In this document: in pieces, positions 8,768 through 18,219 of the stretch
How the letters are laid out: every line of letters begins with the position of its first letter
Numbering within the stretch: the stretch's first letter is position 1
Sequence record: NC_031928.1
Direction: 5' to 3' (one strand)
Origin: Escherichia phage WG01
DNA: 64,000 nt
Made by a program: the position numbers and the translations under genes
Notes under the pieces: model-generated
What the model saw: only the letters and a program-made list of their open reading frames with translations
The model's database searches: none
What the model was told of the DNA's origin: nothing

Positions 8768-10099
8768 TCAAACGTAGTAGGCGTCAGTACGAGCACGAGT
8801 AATACTAACATAAGCCAGCTGTGAAGCTAAATTCGCATCAGCCATATGCATGCATGGAGTATAGATGAAACTGTTTTGGACTGTAAGTCCTTGGGATTTA
8901 TGAACAGTGCTCACAGGAAGAGCTCGAACCTTACTGAACATTCGCTTGGCTTTCCAGAAATCAGCCCACTTAGGTTTCTTACCACTACCACGCATGGCTT
9001 TGTACTCTGTAGCAACCTTAGCCAAGAAATAATGGAACTTCTCAACTGAAGCCTCATCGATAACCTTTAAATGCTCTACATAGTACTCGTCGTCTTCATC
9101 AACAGATTCTACTTGCAAGTCCCAGTAATTAATCATTTGACGAGTGCCTACATCCTTAGCAGACAAAAACAACGAGGTATGGTTCACATCCAGAATACGA
9201 ACCATTTGTCCATTATTAAAAATGGTTTCAGAGAATTTCTTACCATCGTATTCAAGTTCCTTCATAAAAGGCTCTTGCATCACTAGGATTTCGCCCTTGA
9301 TATAAGGTGCATCGGTTTCATAAAGCTTTTTACGAATAATGCTATTCAGCTTTTCAACCGATTTATTGGTATAAGCAAACATCCTATTCTCAAACAGGGC
9401 ATCAGCATCTTTTACAATGGAAAAATAATTCATCATAAAATCTTTTAATGCTGTTTGGGATTTAAAACCATGGACACCATGTCCTTCGAATACACAATCT
9501 CTAAACCACCCACCATTACGGATTTCAGTAGCCACCTCAATGATAGGAGCATTACTACGCATCACTTCAGTCAAATGTAATTGTTTGATTTTTGGATGTG
9601 TAAAGAATGGAGACAACTGAGGGCTACCATCACTTCCAGGTTCCACTGGCTGTAGCTGAGCTCTGTCGCCAATCCCTAATACAGTACACCATGGTGGCAC
9701 GGAGGATTCAATAATCTTAAACAGCTTACCGTCAATCATCGAGCCTTCGTCAACAACTAGAACATTACATTTGCTCAAGTCAGGAGCTTCGCGTTGTTCA
9801 AAGATGTCCTGGTCTTCGTACGTAGTAGGGTTAATTTTTAGAATTCTATGAATTGTTGATGCTTCTTGACCTGCGAGTTTCGACAGCACCTTTTTGGCCG
9901 CATGGGTAGGTGCAGTCAAAATAACTCCGAGTTCACCATTCTTGACTAGATGGTCAAGAATAAATTTGGTAAGGGTTGTTTTACCCGTACCAGCAGGGCC
10001 GTTCAATGTAATCCATTCGCCCTTACGTCGTTTAATAGCTTCAATGATTTCTTTAAAGGCCGTCCTCTGGCCGATGTTCAAGTCTTCAAATGTAATCAT
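8768..10099 (-). CDS. dda: Dda DNA helicase (SF1)
   Basis: 443 aa; Walker A GPAGTGKTT; length and position as T4 Dda. Confidence 0.9.
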   Translation of the reverse strand: MITFEDLNIGQRTAFKEIIEAIKRRKGEWITLNGPAGTGKTTLTKFILDHLVKNGELGVILTAPTHAAKKVLSKLAGQEASTIHRILKINPTTYEDQDIFEQREAPDLSKCNVLVVDEGSMIDGKLFKIIESSVPPWCTVLGIGDRAQLQPVEPGSDGSPQLSPFFTHPKIKQLHLTEVMRSNAPIIEVATEIRNGGWFRDCVFEGHGVHGFKSQTALKDFMMNYFSIVKDADALFENRMFAYTNKSVEKLNSIIRKKLYETDAPYIKGEILVMQEPFMKELEYDGKKFSETIFNNGQMVRILDVNHTSLFLSAKDVGTRQMINYWDLQVESVDEDDEYYVEHLKVIDEASVEKFHYFLAKVATEYKAMRGSGKKPKWADFWKAKRMFSKVRALPVSTVHKSQGLTVQNSFIYTPCMHMADANLASQLAYVSITRARTDAYYV

Positions 10100-10395
10100 G
10101 CCAATTTTACTCGCTTAACATATAAAGTGTCTAAAACTAATTTAAGTTCTCGGGCTCGTTCTTCGGTAGGATATACTGTTTTAGTTTCCCACTTATCAAA
10201 CCACCATTTTCTAGGTGTGCACACCGTTTCAAGGCGTCCAAGCCGAAGATATCTTTTTGTTGACATTTCATAAACGGATAGAGCGGTATCGGCTCCAATC
10301 TTTGTCGAATACAAAGTCACTTCACCGGCCTCTTCTAATGGAATTTCGTACCCGTCTTTGTCCTTGTGAACTAATACGTATGCATAGTACATCAC
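10096..10395 (-). CDS. hypothetical protein (dda.1 position)
   Basis: 99-aa ORF overlapping dda start by 4 nt. Confidence 0.5.
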   Translation of the reverse strand: MMYYAYVLVHKDKDGYEIPLEEAGEVTLYSTKIGADTALSVYEMSTKRYLRLGRLETVCTPRKWWFDKWETKTVYPTEERARELKLVLDTLYVKRVKLA

Positions 10396-10396
10396 G

Positions 10397-11146
10397 TTAA
10401 CCTCTAATCAGTGAAAAAATTGAAGCATTCAGCGGAAGACCTTTTTTCAACTTCATTTTGTCAATAAAAGAAAGGTGTTCTAAACGCTCCAGACCTTGAA
10501 TAATTTTATCATACATATCGTAACGCGTTTCTGCTTCAGACAATTTAAACTTGACACGCCAATCAGGCCCACCAATTAAAGATTTAAGACCCTTTTCCAT
10601 AGTACCTATTGAAGCGTTAGAACCATGGATACGGGCCTTAACCGCGATGACAGAAGGGGTATTATCAGTGGCTCCCGATTTAATAAGGTCCTTAAGACGT
10701 TTTTCACGCTTTTTAAGACCTCTTTGGGTATCTTTAATATTTTTAACTATTTTACGAATTTTATAATAATTATCTGGGGTAACTTTAAAACTATTAGGCA
10801 TTTTAGAACCACCTGAAATACGGGACGCTAAACGAGTCTGTGCACGTTTCAATTCATCTAAAGACAAATCAGCTCGCAACCCGTTGTACTTAACTTTAAC
10901 CGGGATTACATTACCTTCGATATAACCTATATCGTTGTTAAAGCGTTCAAACGAAATCTTATCTTTATCTGAATTCTCATCAAAGCGCTCGCCTGAATAT
11001 GCACACACTTTTTGTTCAAGAAGTCTACGAACGTACTTACTAGACAGGTTAAAGTCCTTACCACGTTTTTTGGCAGAGGCTTTAGTGTGTTCGCGACGTT
11101 TGTAAACCTTTAACTCAAATTCATCGTTAGTTTTAATAGTAGGCAT
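10397..11146 (-). CDS. Srd-like protein (assigned by position and length only)
   Basis: 249-aa basic protein between dda.1 and modA, the T4 srd position; no motif verified. Confidence 0.45.
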   Translation of the reverse strand: MPTIKTNDEFELKVYKRREHTKASAKKRGKDFNLSSKYVRRLLEQKVCAYSGERFDENSDKDKISFERFNNDIGYIEGNVIPVKVKYNGLRADLSLDELKRAQTRLASRISGGSKMPNSFKVTPDNYYKIRKIVKNIKDTQRGLKKREKRLKDLIKSGATDNTPSVIAVKARIHGSNASIGTMEKGLKSLIGGPDWRVKFKLSEAETRYDMYDKIIQGLERLEHLSFIDKMKLKKGLPLNASIFSLIRG

Positions 11147-11175
11147 AATATTTTTCTCATCTTACGGACGATTAG

Positions 11176-11215
11176 CTGATAGGTCTATAGTATCATGTTG
11201 CTCGGTAAAGTAAAC
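11176..11215 (-). promoter_or_regulatory. early promoter cassette (srd-like gene)
   Basis: CTGATAGGTCTATAGTATCA core, gtaaac 11210-11215. Confidence 0.55.
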
Positions 11216-11284
11216 ACTTTTTTGCTTTAAATTTTCGACGGTATAATGAATCAAGGACTTTGCCTTTCAATTAAACCGGGTGGT

Positions 11285-11899
11285 TCAGTAAGAAAGAACG
11301 GAAAGATTCCAAATGGTGTAATTATTCCATTTAGGATTTCTCTCAATAGAGTCTACGCGCAGCGTAGTTCCCGCAGGGAACATCATCTCATCTTCATCAT
11401 TGATTAATTGTAAGTTTGCTACACGGGTAGATTCAGGAAATGCTCCTGGGAACTCTTCAGGGGGCGCAGCACATAACATTTTAAAGATTTCTTCCTGATA
11501 ATTGTACACAAATGGTGCATCATTAATACAAAAGATATTAAATGTGCCGTAGAAGTTATAAGATGCGAAATTCCTTGCCACGTTGAAGTCTTTAGAGAAG
11601 CTCATCACGCGGTCGAATTCAATTACCGCACCTACACACATTGTGGACTCTAGATACTTCATAGTCTTTTTAGATATGCCGCGATAGAGCTTATCAGGCA
11701 CTACAGAAGTCAGGTTCTTACGGATGATTTTGTTCAGAGTTTCCTGGATACAATCTGGTTTATTTTCCATGCACTGCCAGAGGGTACTCTGTTCTAAATC
11801 AGAATACACTTCATCAATTTCTATCTGAGTATTCTCACGGAAATCATCGCATTTGGCATTGTTGATAAATTCTGCTAATTTATGGCTCGGATATAACAT
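11285..11899 (-). CDS. modA: ADP-ribosyltransferase ModA-like
   Basis: 204 aa; R-S-E ART signature (LYRGI, MSFSKD, acidic DEDEMMF) and position next to srd. Confidence 0.7.
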   Translation of the reverse strand: MLYPSHKLAEFINNAKCDDFRENTQIEIDEVYSDLEQSTLWQCMENKPDCIQETLNKIIRKNLTSVVPDKLYRGISKKTMKYLESTMCVGAVIEFDRVMSFSKDFNVARNFASYNFYGTFNIFCINDAPFVYNYQEEIFKMLCAAPPEEFPGAFPESTRVANLQLINDEDEMMFPAGTTLRVDSIERNPKWNNYTIWNLSVLSY

Positions 11900-11912
11900 A
11901 TTATTCTCCTCA

Positions 11913-11954
11913 GTTGATAGAAAGATAGTACCACAAGCTTCCTTGCCTGTAAAC
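11913..11954 (-). promoter_or_regulatory. early promoter cassette (modA)
   Basis: GTTGATAGAAAGATAGTACCA core, gtaaac 11949-11954. Confidence 0.5.
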
Positions 11955-12523
11955 TAAAAATCCAACATTTTTAAATGAATTGTTTTATACTCGATTTCGT
12001 ACGGGTCTCTTTTGACGGTTTCGATTGCAACAATCTCAAACCGAGATAGGCTGGAGACCATGAACTCACATTCAGTTTCGACCATATCATAGAGGTCAAT
12101 ACGAGTTTCATCTATTTCAAGCTCATCCACATTCCCTGCAAGAACAAGGTCGATAGCATGATTGTAGTAGTCGAAAATGAACGGTGCATTCCTGAGACTT
12201 AAAATGGTTTTGGTTCCATATTCCCATGCCCCTGCGAACTGACGAGCCTGAGAGTATTGTGTACTAAAAGAAGTAACGCGACCAGGAGACCATTGACATC
12301 CTACTGAAAGGAGCTCTAATTGCTCAAGTTCTCTGGTAGTAATCCCGCGATATAACTCTACTGGAACCGCTGAAGTAACATGCTTGCGAACCAGTTTGTC
12401 GAGGTCGTAATGGAAGTTAGGGTCCTTTTTAGCATCCAGACATTTTTCTAAAAGATTCTGTTCGTGTTTTGAGAATTTGGAATTGATTCGGTCTTGATAA
12501 AGACATTTTTGTTCGATGTTCAT
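11954..12523 (-). CDS. modB: ADP-ribosyltransferase ModB-like
   Basis: 189 aa; R-S-E ART signature (LYRGIT, TSFSTQ, DELEIDE); paralog of neighbouring modA. Confidence 0.7.
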   Translation of the reverse strand: MNIEQKCLYQDRINSKFSKHEQNLLEKCLDAKKDPNFHYDLDKLVRKHVTSAVPVELYRGITTRELEQLELLSVGCQWSPGRVTSFSTQYSQARQFAGAWEYGTKTILSLRNAPFIFDYYNHAIDLVLAGNVDELEIDETRIDLYDMVETECEFMVSSLSRFEIVAIETVKRDPYEIEYKTIHLKMLDF

Positions 12524-12526
12524 ATG

Positions 12527-12576
12527 ACCTCCAGTGATTTAGAGGTCATTATAACATGAAGGGAGGAGGTGTAAAC
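12527..12576 (-). promoter_or_regulatory. early promoter (modB) with inverted repeat
   Basis: gtaaac 12571-12576, TTATAAT -10, tgacctc/gaggtca repeat. Confidence 0.5.
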
Positions 12577-12809
12577 TACTTAAACACACCAAGTGGGACG
12601 CCAAACACTGCAATGTCAGCAGCCATGCCTAATGAGGATTGGGTATATGAAGTATAGGAGCTTTTTGATTCATACGAGCTTTTTGTTTCTGACTTCTCGA
12701 CTTCAATCTTAGGAGCTTTCGCCTGAATATTTTTTTGCTCGATTTCCTTACGAGCCTGTTTACGGTCGATATCCAACGCCGATGTAGGTATATTAGTCAG
12801 CCAATTCAT
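12576..12809 (-). CDS. hypothetical protein
   Basis: ORF-track ORF trimmed to ATG 12809 (TAATG overlap with upstream stop). Confidence 0.45.
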   Translation of the reverse strand: MNWLTNIPTSALDIDRKQARKEIEQKNIQAKAPKIEVEKSETKSSYESKSSYTSYTQSSLGMAADIAVFGVPLGVFK

Positions 12810-12997
12810 TATTTTACCCAAGGAGCCCAAGGTGGAGGGTCTAAGTAATAAGAAGCAAGGTCACTAAGGACCTCTTTAGGCAACTTAAACCCATGCTTCT
12901 GTATAATCATATCAAGTTCGTTGACAAGGTCAACAGGCGGCTCCTGAGTTGTTTCAGGCTCAGGGTCCGGAATGACAAACATATCAAATAAGTCCAT
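12809..12997 (-). CDS. hypothetical acidic/proline-rich protein
   Basis: 62-aa ORF, TAATG-coupled to upstream gene. Confidence 0.45.
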   Translation of the reverse strand: MDLFDMFVIPDPEPETTQEPPVDLVNELDMIIQKHGFKLPKEVLSDLASYYLDPPPWAPWVK

Positions 12998-13488
12998 TAG
13001 TAACCACCGATAGGGCCGTAACCGTACATACGAGCTCGTAACTTAGCATCACGAATAGCTTCTTCGGTCGGGGTAAAACGCAATCCAATATCAAAGTGTT
13101 TCCAAATCTGACGTTCTACTTCCATCAGGTCTTCGACGGCAGAAATCAGATAAGTACGACCTTTAAGACGTTCGTTGGACATTCTATCGGTATCTTTATA
13201 GAAAATGTCCATTGTTCCTTCAGCATACGGGTCAGCCGGATAACGATAGCCTTTGATATGCAAGGCTTGAGCCACACTAAAAGGACAACCCTCAGCAACA
13301 TCAACGTTTTGATTATGGCGTACTTTCATCATAACATTTTCTGGAAGCTTAATATCTTTTAAGTGCGTTTCTAACTGGGTGATAGAATTCATACCGTTGT
13401 CAACAAGGATAAGACTTACCGTAGCATCATAAGGACGCGTTTGTCCGGCAGAATCACGAACAAAGAATTCTAGTTCATAAACTTTCAT
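12997..13488 (-). CDS. hypothetical protein
   Basis: 163-aa ORF with AGAGGAAAT RBS. Confidence 0.5.
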   Translation of the reverse strand: MKVYELEFFVRDSAGQTRPYDATVSLILVDNGMNSITQLETHLKDIKLPENVMMKVRHNQNVDVAEGCPFSVAQALHIKGYRYPADPYAEGTMDIFYKDTDRMSNERLKGRTYLISAVEDLMEVERQIWKHFDIGLRFTPTEEAIRDAKLRARMYGYGPIGGY

Positions 13489-13642
13489 TATGATTTCCTC
13501 TTCTTAGTTTACCTACTAAAGGACCATCCGGAATTTTATTTTCTTGGATGTATTTCTCGTTTTCTTCCATCATTTTACTACCGATTTTAAGAAGCAAATC
13601 CAATGCCTCTTTAGCATGTTTTTCAGCCTCTTCAGTAGTCAT
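13475..13642 (-). CDS. hypothetical small protein (55 aa)
   Basis: Hand-translated [31 protein letters not shown]...; ATGA-coupled to upstream ORF; below track cutoff. Confidence 0.3.
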   Translation of the reverse strand: MTTEEAEKHAKEALDLLLKIGSKMMEENEKYIQENKIPDGPLVGKLRRGNHNESL

Positions 13643-13839
13643 GATTTATCCCCATAGATGTCACGCATAATTCTAAGAGCTTCGCGTTCTAATTTCTTTT
13701 CGCGTTCTTCACGAATACCTTTAAGAATCCATTCTTCGGAGTCACGTTTCATTTCTGCATTGGCTTGGTCCAACCATCCGTCATCAAGATAATCGCCTGG
13801 ACGGTCTAGCCAATCTTTAAGCCATGATAAAGGTTTCAT
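13639..13839 (-). CDS. hypothetical protein
   Basis: 66-aa ORF in operon frame. Confidence 0.45.
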   Translation of the reverse strand: MKPLSWLKDWLDRPGDYLDDGWLDQANAEMKRDSEEWILKGIREEREKKLEREALRIMRDIYGDKS

Positions 13840-14174
13840 TAATCACACGAGCCGGACGACGAGTCACAGCTTCCTGAGTCATAAGACGAATAAGAAGAAT
13901 CACCAGTCCAAGAACTGACAGCAGCCGCAACCATAATAGGAGTGGTATCAATATGGCTTGTGCGACGAGCTTCTAAATGTTCTTTTAACTTTTCAGAATT
14001 CAATGGTGTGGCGCATAGACCGACATTACCAGCTTTTTCAGGTTGCCTGATAACTTCTTCCATCGTACCATCACCCATGTAAACATATTCCCTTAACTTA
14101 ACGTCTGATGGACTAATAGGAACCGGCCCTTCGCCAGGGGTAATCTTGAAAAAATTCTTAAGCCAACGAATCAT
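13839..14174 (-). CDS. hypothetical protein with Ser/Cys-rich C-terminus
   Basis: 111-aa ORF; low-complexity C-terminal tail SSYSSYDSGSCDSSSGSCD. Confidence 0.45.
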   Translation of the reverse strand: MIRWLKNFFKITPGEGPVPISPSDVKLREYVYMGDGTMEEVIRQPEKAGNVGLCATPLNSEKLKEHLEARRTSHIDTTPIMVAAAVSSWTGDSSYSSYDSGSCDSSSGSCD

Positions 14175-14380
14175 AGGAAACCTCGTTTAAATTCAACTTT
14201 ATCAATATCATCAGTCTCGTGACGGATTTCGGCATTAAATTCGATAGAACCGTCTTCGTGCATCATAAATGAATGGACAATAACTTCGGTATACCAAGGA
14301 GTATAAAAGTACTTTTTCAATACGTGGTTAGCGATAATTTCATCCAAAGTTTTATTAGGTTTAATCCAACGATTTAACAT
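14171..14380 (-). CDS. hypothetical protein
   Basis: ORF-track ORF trimmed to ATG 14380 with GGAGAA RBS, downstream of promoter cassette. Confidence 0.45.
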   Translation of the reverse strand: MLNRWIKPNKTLDEIIANHVLKKYFYTPWYTEVIVHSFMMHEDGSIEFNAEIRHETDDIDKVEFKRGFL

Positions 14381-14394
14381 AGTGTTCTCCTCTA

Positions 14395-14436
14395 TAAGGT
14401 AAGACCATCTTAACACAACCTTCCTAGAAAGTAAAC
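14395..14436 (-). promoter_or_regulatory. early promoter following soc terminator
   Basis: gtaaac 14431-14436 then -10-like region and GGAGAA RBS. Confidence 0.45.
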
Positions 14437-14440
14437 CCTT

Positions 14441-14470
14441 AAAACGAAAAAAGGAACCCGAAGGTTCCTT
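14441..14470 (-). terminator. rho-independent terminator after soc
   Basis: AAGGAACC CGAA GGTTCCTT hairpin followed by T-run on minus strand. Confidence 0.65.
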
Positions 14471-14474
14471 ATAA

Positions 14475-14708
14475 TTAAACTACTGGGGTCGGCGTGAACA
14501 TTGCTGCGTTCTTAGTTCGCCAATCGGCTGCATCAGTCACTACGGTTGAGTAGGCCGCAACGGCTGAAGGGAAAGTCTGATAATGAGAGTCTGCAATACG
14601 GTGCTCGTTTGAATAAATCTCAAACGGGACCGAAACCTCAGTACCTTTAACTTCTTTGCCTTCGCCAGCTGGATGCGTGAAGGTTTTAATATTAACGAAA
14701 CCACCCAT
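14475..14708 (-). CDS. soc: small outer capsid protein Soc
   Basis: 77 aa; GFVNIKTF...AHYQTFPSAVAAYSTV matches recalled T4 Soc; late-promoter TATAAATA upstream; terminator downstream. Confidence 0.8.
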   Translation of the reverse strand: MGGFVNIKTFTHPAGEGKEVKGTEVSVPFEIYSNEHRIADSHYQTFPSAVAAYSTVVTDAADWRTKNAAMFTPTPVV

Positions 14709-14739
14709 AATTAACTCCTTTGTTGTTTAATTACAGGTG

Positions 14740-14747
14740 TATTTATA
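14740..14747 (-). promoter_or_regulatory. late promoter TATAAATA (soc)
   Basis: Minus-strand TATAAATA between gene 56 stop and soc start. Confidence 0.6.
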
Positions 14748-14749
14748 AC

Positions 14750-15271
14750 TTAATAACCTCGGTCTTGGCGAGCGAAGTTTTCAGCATTTTTCAGATAATA
14801 CAGTTTAAAGATTTCTTCAGCAGTCAGTCCAAGACCTTGGAACATATTCAGAACAAAGTGCAGAATATCAATCATTTCGAATTTAATTTCGAGCTGGTCT
14901 TCAGGAGACAAATCGTTAATCAGGGTTTCACGACGTTCAGCATGTTGAGCTTTCCAAGGCTTCCATACAGCGCTCGCATCTTTTTCGCCATTGCTCATGC
15001 CACCAAGAGAAGTCAGAAGTTCGCGGAATTCATCATCAATATAATCTTTCTGATTGCGCAACCAATCAACAACTTCACCTGCAGTAGCCAAGTCATCAGG
15101 ATGACGGTTATATTCAGGTTTATCTTTAGCCAAACGGACCTGTAATGATTTCTGCATATCAAGCATAACCTGCAGAGGGTCTTTATCTTCGTGAATCAGA
15201 GCATTAAAATAAGCTTCCTCAGCTTTATCAACACCAGCAATAAGTTGTGAGCATTCGTTAAAGTGTGCCAT
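14750..15271 (-). CDS. 56: dCTP pyrophosphatase (MazG-like dCTPase)
   Basis: 173 aa, length and position between soc and 61 as T4 gp56. Confidence 0.8.
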   Translation of the reverse strand: MAHFNECSQLIAGVDKAEEAYFNALIHEDKDPLQVMLDMQKSLQVRLAKDKPEYNRHPDDLATAGEVVDWLRNQKDYIDDEFRELLTSLGGMSNGEKDASAVWKPWKAQHAERRETLINDLSPEDQLEIKFEMIDILHFVLNMFQGLGLTAEEIFKLYYLKNAENFARQDRGY

Positions 15272-15362
15272 TATATTTTTTCCTTTTCAATTCATTAGTA
15301 AGTTAGATAATTATAAACTGTTAGATTAAAGCGAATAAATATTATTTTAACAGGAGGATAAC

Positions 15363-15563
15363 ATGGGCAGTATTTTTTACCAAATCTGGAAATTGGCCGA
15401 AAAGAAAGACAAGAAAATGATGTTAGGTTTTCTTGCGCTAGACGTATTCCTTTGGAATCTTCTAGTAGTCCCTGTAGCCGCTAGCCAAGGGATAATTTTA
15501 CCAGCGGTTACAATGGAACACGTATTAAGCATAATTGGATTCTTTAGCGGAGTTCCTGCCTAA
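15363..15563 (+). CDS. small hydrophobic protein (only plus-strand gene called)
   Basis: 66-aa ORF with strong AGGAGG RBS 5 nt before ATG; predicted TM segments; convergent with gene 61. Confidence 0.5.
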   Translation: MGSIFYQIWKLAEKKDKKMMLGFLALDVFLWNLLVVPVAASQGIILPAVTMEHVLSIIGFFSGVPA

Positions 15564-16588
15564 ATTTTAGAATATTTTGAAAGTCTCATTTTTGCCATTA
15601 AACCTTGGGCTATATTAGCTTTCATATATGCCAGTACATCATTTATATCAGCTTTATCTTTCATAATCATATCATTTATATCTTTAGAAGGCCATGGAGC
15701 CTTGTCCCAGAATAGAACCCTTTCGCCAGCATCAACTAATCGTTGCATACGCTTAATTGTGTCAGGATGGCGGGGTTCATTGTCCATTACCCAGGCACGA
15801 GTTTCTTTACATGGAACCATAGCCAAGTCCAACGACCCGCCAGTAATTGCTATTGCATTCGGAACAAACAAAGAGTCAATAGGGCCTTCCATTACCCACA
15901 CCAACTGACGTTCGTCAACTGTATCCATTCCATATATTTTTGTAGCTTGGTCATGAGCTTTTATTGTAATATATTTTTGTGGAGCATCTTTACGTAAGGC
16001 TCGACCCTGAAAACTTTCAATTTGTTTATTCTTATTGAAAATTGGAATAACCAAACGAGGCTCAGGCATTTCTTTAGAATAGGTCCCTGGATTGACAGAG
16101 TTCACCAATGCCGGCCATTCTTTAGTAAACCATAAGCGATTCCATTTGTTTTCAGGAATGCAACGTAGTGTTACATATTTGATAATAGGATGGTCCTTTG
16201 GCATTCTATCCAGACGTTCACAGAAATTAAGCTTTTCGATGACAGGCATCTTGGCTTTAATCTTTTCTGATATCTCCACCTTAGGTGCAGCTTGTCTCCC
16301 GAACGATTGCTCTTTATGTTTCTCAAGAATATATTCTCGATATAAATCAGGCTCATATTCGTATAGATACTTCTTAATTCCTGCTGAATAGTCACAGTTA
16401 AAACAGTGCAGCATTACGGAGCCGTCATTGGCCGGATAGGCCCAAAAACGAGCTTTGTTCTCATCTTTTAGGGAGTCGCCACATACACGACAACGACAGT
16501 TTAATTTAAAATCACTACCGGTTACTTGTCTGAATTTAGGTTGGTAATTCAAGGCACGTACAGCAAATTCTCTATCGACATATGACAT
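15560..16588 (-). CDS. 61: DNA primase
   Basis: 342 aa; zinc-binding CRCRVCGD...CFNC N-terminus plus TOPRIM-like core; length as T4 gp61. Confidence 0.9.
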   Translation of the reverse strand: MSYVDREFAVRALNYQPKFRQVTGSDFKLNCRCRVCGDSLKDENKARFWAYPANDGSVMLHCFNCDYSAGIKKYLYEYEPDLYREYILEKHKEQSFGRQAAPKVEISEKIKAKMPVIEKLNFCERLDRMPKDHPIIKYVTLRCIPENKWNRLWFTKEWPALVNSVNPGTYSKEMPEPRLVIPIFNKNKQIESFQGRALRKDAPQKYITIKAHDQATKIYGMDTVDERQLVWVMEGPIDSLFVPNAIAITGGSLDLAMVPCKETRAWVMDNEPRHPDTIKRMQRLVDAGERVLFWDKAPWPSKDINDMIMKDKADINDVLAYMKANIAQGLMAKMRLSKYSKI

Positions 16589-16626
16589 TATTTTTCCTTG
16601 GGCTCTAAATTAATAGAGCCATTATA

Positions 16627-16788
16627 TCATTCGTTTTCGGATTTTTCTTTACGCTTTTTAGATGGGATTTGTTCAGGCCCTTTGTTGACGACCGCGCCTG
16701 AGGTAGTTCCGGAGGCAATATTAGATGGGTTACCACCTGCATCGCCTGCGACCATATCTTCGTTCATAACTTCTTTAAAAGATTTCAT
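16627..16788 (-). CDS. hypothetical small hydrophilic protein (53 aa)
   Basis: Hand-translated ORF MKSFKEVMNEDMVAGDAGGNPSNIASG...; AGGAG RBS; below track cutoff. Confidence 0.3.
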   Translation of the reverse strand: MKSFKEVMNEDMVAGDAGGNPSNIASGTTSGAVVNKGPEQIPSKKRKEKSENE

Positions 16789-16801
16789 AGGCTCCTGGCC
16801 T

Positions 16802-16809
16802 TATTTATA
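16802..16809 (-). promoter_or_regulatory. late promoter-like TATAAATA
   Basis: Minus-strand TATAAATA upstream of small ORF 16627..16788 and gene 61. Confidence 0.35.
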
Positions 16810-16996
16810 TTACGAAAATAGCTTTATCACCATTCGCATCAGTGACTTCATAGGTATCTTCATGATACAGTGGGATAATCCAAGTCACACCATCACCGGC
16901 AATAATATGGATAGCTTCTTGGTCCTTTGATACGATTTCATACTCTTCGAATAATTCGAATACAGAAATCTTAGAGCCCGTACACATTGCACTCAT
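16805..16996 (-). CDS. hypothetical protein
   Basis: ORF-track ORF trimmed to first ATG with GAGAAGGGA RBS. Confidence 0.4.
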   Translation of the reverse strand: MSAMCTGSKISVFELFEEYEIVSKDQEAIHIIAGDGVTWIIPLYHEDTYEVTDANGDKAIFVI

Positions 16997-17192
16997 ATTG
17001 TTCCCTTCTCTCAATCAGTTGGCGATGGGCCTTTTTAAGTTTACGAAGCTGGCGCTTAGTTGGCCGTGCAACATAAGCTTGAGTAGTTACTCGACCAAAA
17101 ACACCGTACTTAGGTGAAGGAGAATCGATAAAGACTTCCCACTGACAAGAGTAACTATACACCGCTTTAGAGAATTGAGTTAAGACAAACAT
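16971..17192 (-). CDS. hypothetical basic protein
   Basis: 73-aa ORF in operon frame. Confidence 0.45.
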   Translation of the reverse strand: MFVLTQFSKAVYSYSCQWEVFIDSPSPKYGVFGRVTTQAYVARPTKRQLRKLKKAHRQLIERREQYECNVYGL

Positions 17193-17193
17193 A

Positions 17194-17634
17194 TTAACCT
17201 CGATTCATAAAGGCATTAAAAATCTGGTCATCTATTGAATAAACCGGAGCTTCCAGAATTTTCAACAGACTGTTTTTGATATACTTGCTAGGGATGTCCA
17301 TATTAACGCGGTCGTTCAATTCGTTGTCTGGGAGGATGTCTTTAAATTCGAATCCATCAAACTCAACCTTGTCAGGAATACCTTCAGCGAAAAAATAAAC
17401 CAATTGGTGCATTGTATTGCACGAAAATAATTTAGACCTCACCGCGATAAGTTCTTGCCAATGGTTTAATTCTCTGTTAAGAAGTTTATGAGCCATTGTA
17501 ATTCGATCATCGCTATCAACAAGAAAATAACCCAGGTATTGGTGGTCGTCGCTCCAAAACATCCTGTATGCTTGTGCATTTGGATTTTTACAACGAAGTT
17601 TTTTGATAACTAAATTTCTGTTAATCTTATTCAC
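17194..17634 (-). CDS. hypothetical protein
   Basis: 146-aa ORF in operon frame. Confidence 0.5.
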   Translation of the reverse strand: MNKINRNLVIKKLRCKNPNAQAYRMFWSDDHQYLGYFLVDSDDRITMAHKLLNRELNHWQELIAVRSKLFSCNTMHQLVYFFAEGIPDKVEFDGFEFKDILPDNELNDRVNMDIPSKYIKNSLLKILEAPVYSIDDQIFNAFMNRG

Positions 17635-17920
17635 CTGTCACCTCTTTAACGATATTTTTGTTATCGAAATTGGCATCACAATACAAATTCCAGTTATATT
17701 GCATAACACCACCTGAAGCTAATTGGTCTGACACTTCTTTAGCCATGTCAGGACGGTCGCGTTTAGTGATGTTCATGATATCAGCATAAATCTGATGCTC
17801 AACCGCTTCTTGATCGGCAGTCATAGACCATTCACAAAGGTCTTTATCCAATCCAGCCGTAACTGGAGCCGTGCCACATGACGCTACTGTAAGGATTGCT
17901 GCGATTAATAACTTTTTCAT
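17627..17920 (-). CDS. sp: Spackle periplasmic protein (superinfection exclusion / lysozyme-domain inhibitor)
   Basis: 97 aa from ATG 17920; signal peptide MKKLLIAAILTVASC; DKDLCEWSMTADQ...MQYNWNLYCDANFDNKNI matches recalled T4 Sp. Confidence 0.75.
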   Translation of the reverse strand: MKKLLIAAILTVASCGTAPVTAGLDKDLCEWSMTADQEAVEHQIYADIMNITKRDRPDMAKEVSDQLASGGVMQYNWNLYCDANFDNKNIVKEVTGE

Positions 17921-17935
17921 AATGTTCTCCTCGGT

Positions 17936-17978
17936 AGTTGATAGGTCCATAGTATCACTACCATAGACCGTTGTAAAC
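17936..17978 (-). promoter_or_regulatory. early promoter cassette (sp)
   Basis: GTTGATAGGTCCATAGTATCA core, gtaaac 17973-17978. Confidence 0.55.
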
Positions 17979-17979
17979 T

Positions 17980-18219
17980 TTATTTTAATGAATCTTCCAA
18001 ATAAATTTTACGGAATTTACGTTTTGTCTGACGAATCTGACGCTTAGTAGGCTTCACAGGAAAATCGAAGAACTCTACGTATTCTTGTTCATAATCATTG
18101 TGACCGACTGAAAGAACTAGTTCCCAGTTGTTTACGGTACGTTGGATAAACATGTTATGCTTACCAAAAGATTTATTCCAAAAAGAGCTAGGAGTCGGTT
18201 TCATTAGTACGATATTCAT
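17980..18219 (-). CDS. hypothetical protein
   Basis: 79-aa ORF in operon frame. Confidence 0.5.
   Translation of the reverse strand: MNIVLMKPTPSSFWNKSFGKHNMFIQRTVNNWELVLSVGHNDYEQEYVEFFDFPVKPTKRQIRQTKRKFRKIYLEDSLK

Noticed and set aside
10397-11146. 249-aa protein considered as an HNH/homing endonuclease because of a Cys/His-containing segment
   Set aside because: No canonical HNH or GIY-YIG motif; position and size fit Srd better, though that assignment is also positional.
16598-16930. 110-aa plus-strand ORF between 61 and downstream genes
   Set aside because: The interval is better explained by minus-strand small genes with RBS signals, a hairpin and a TATAAATA motif.
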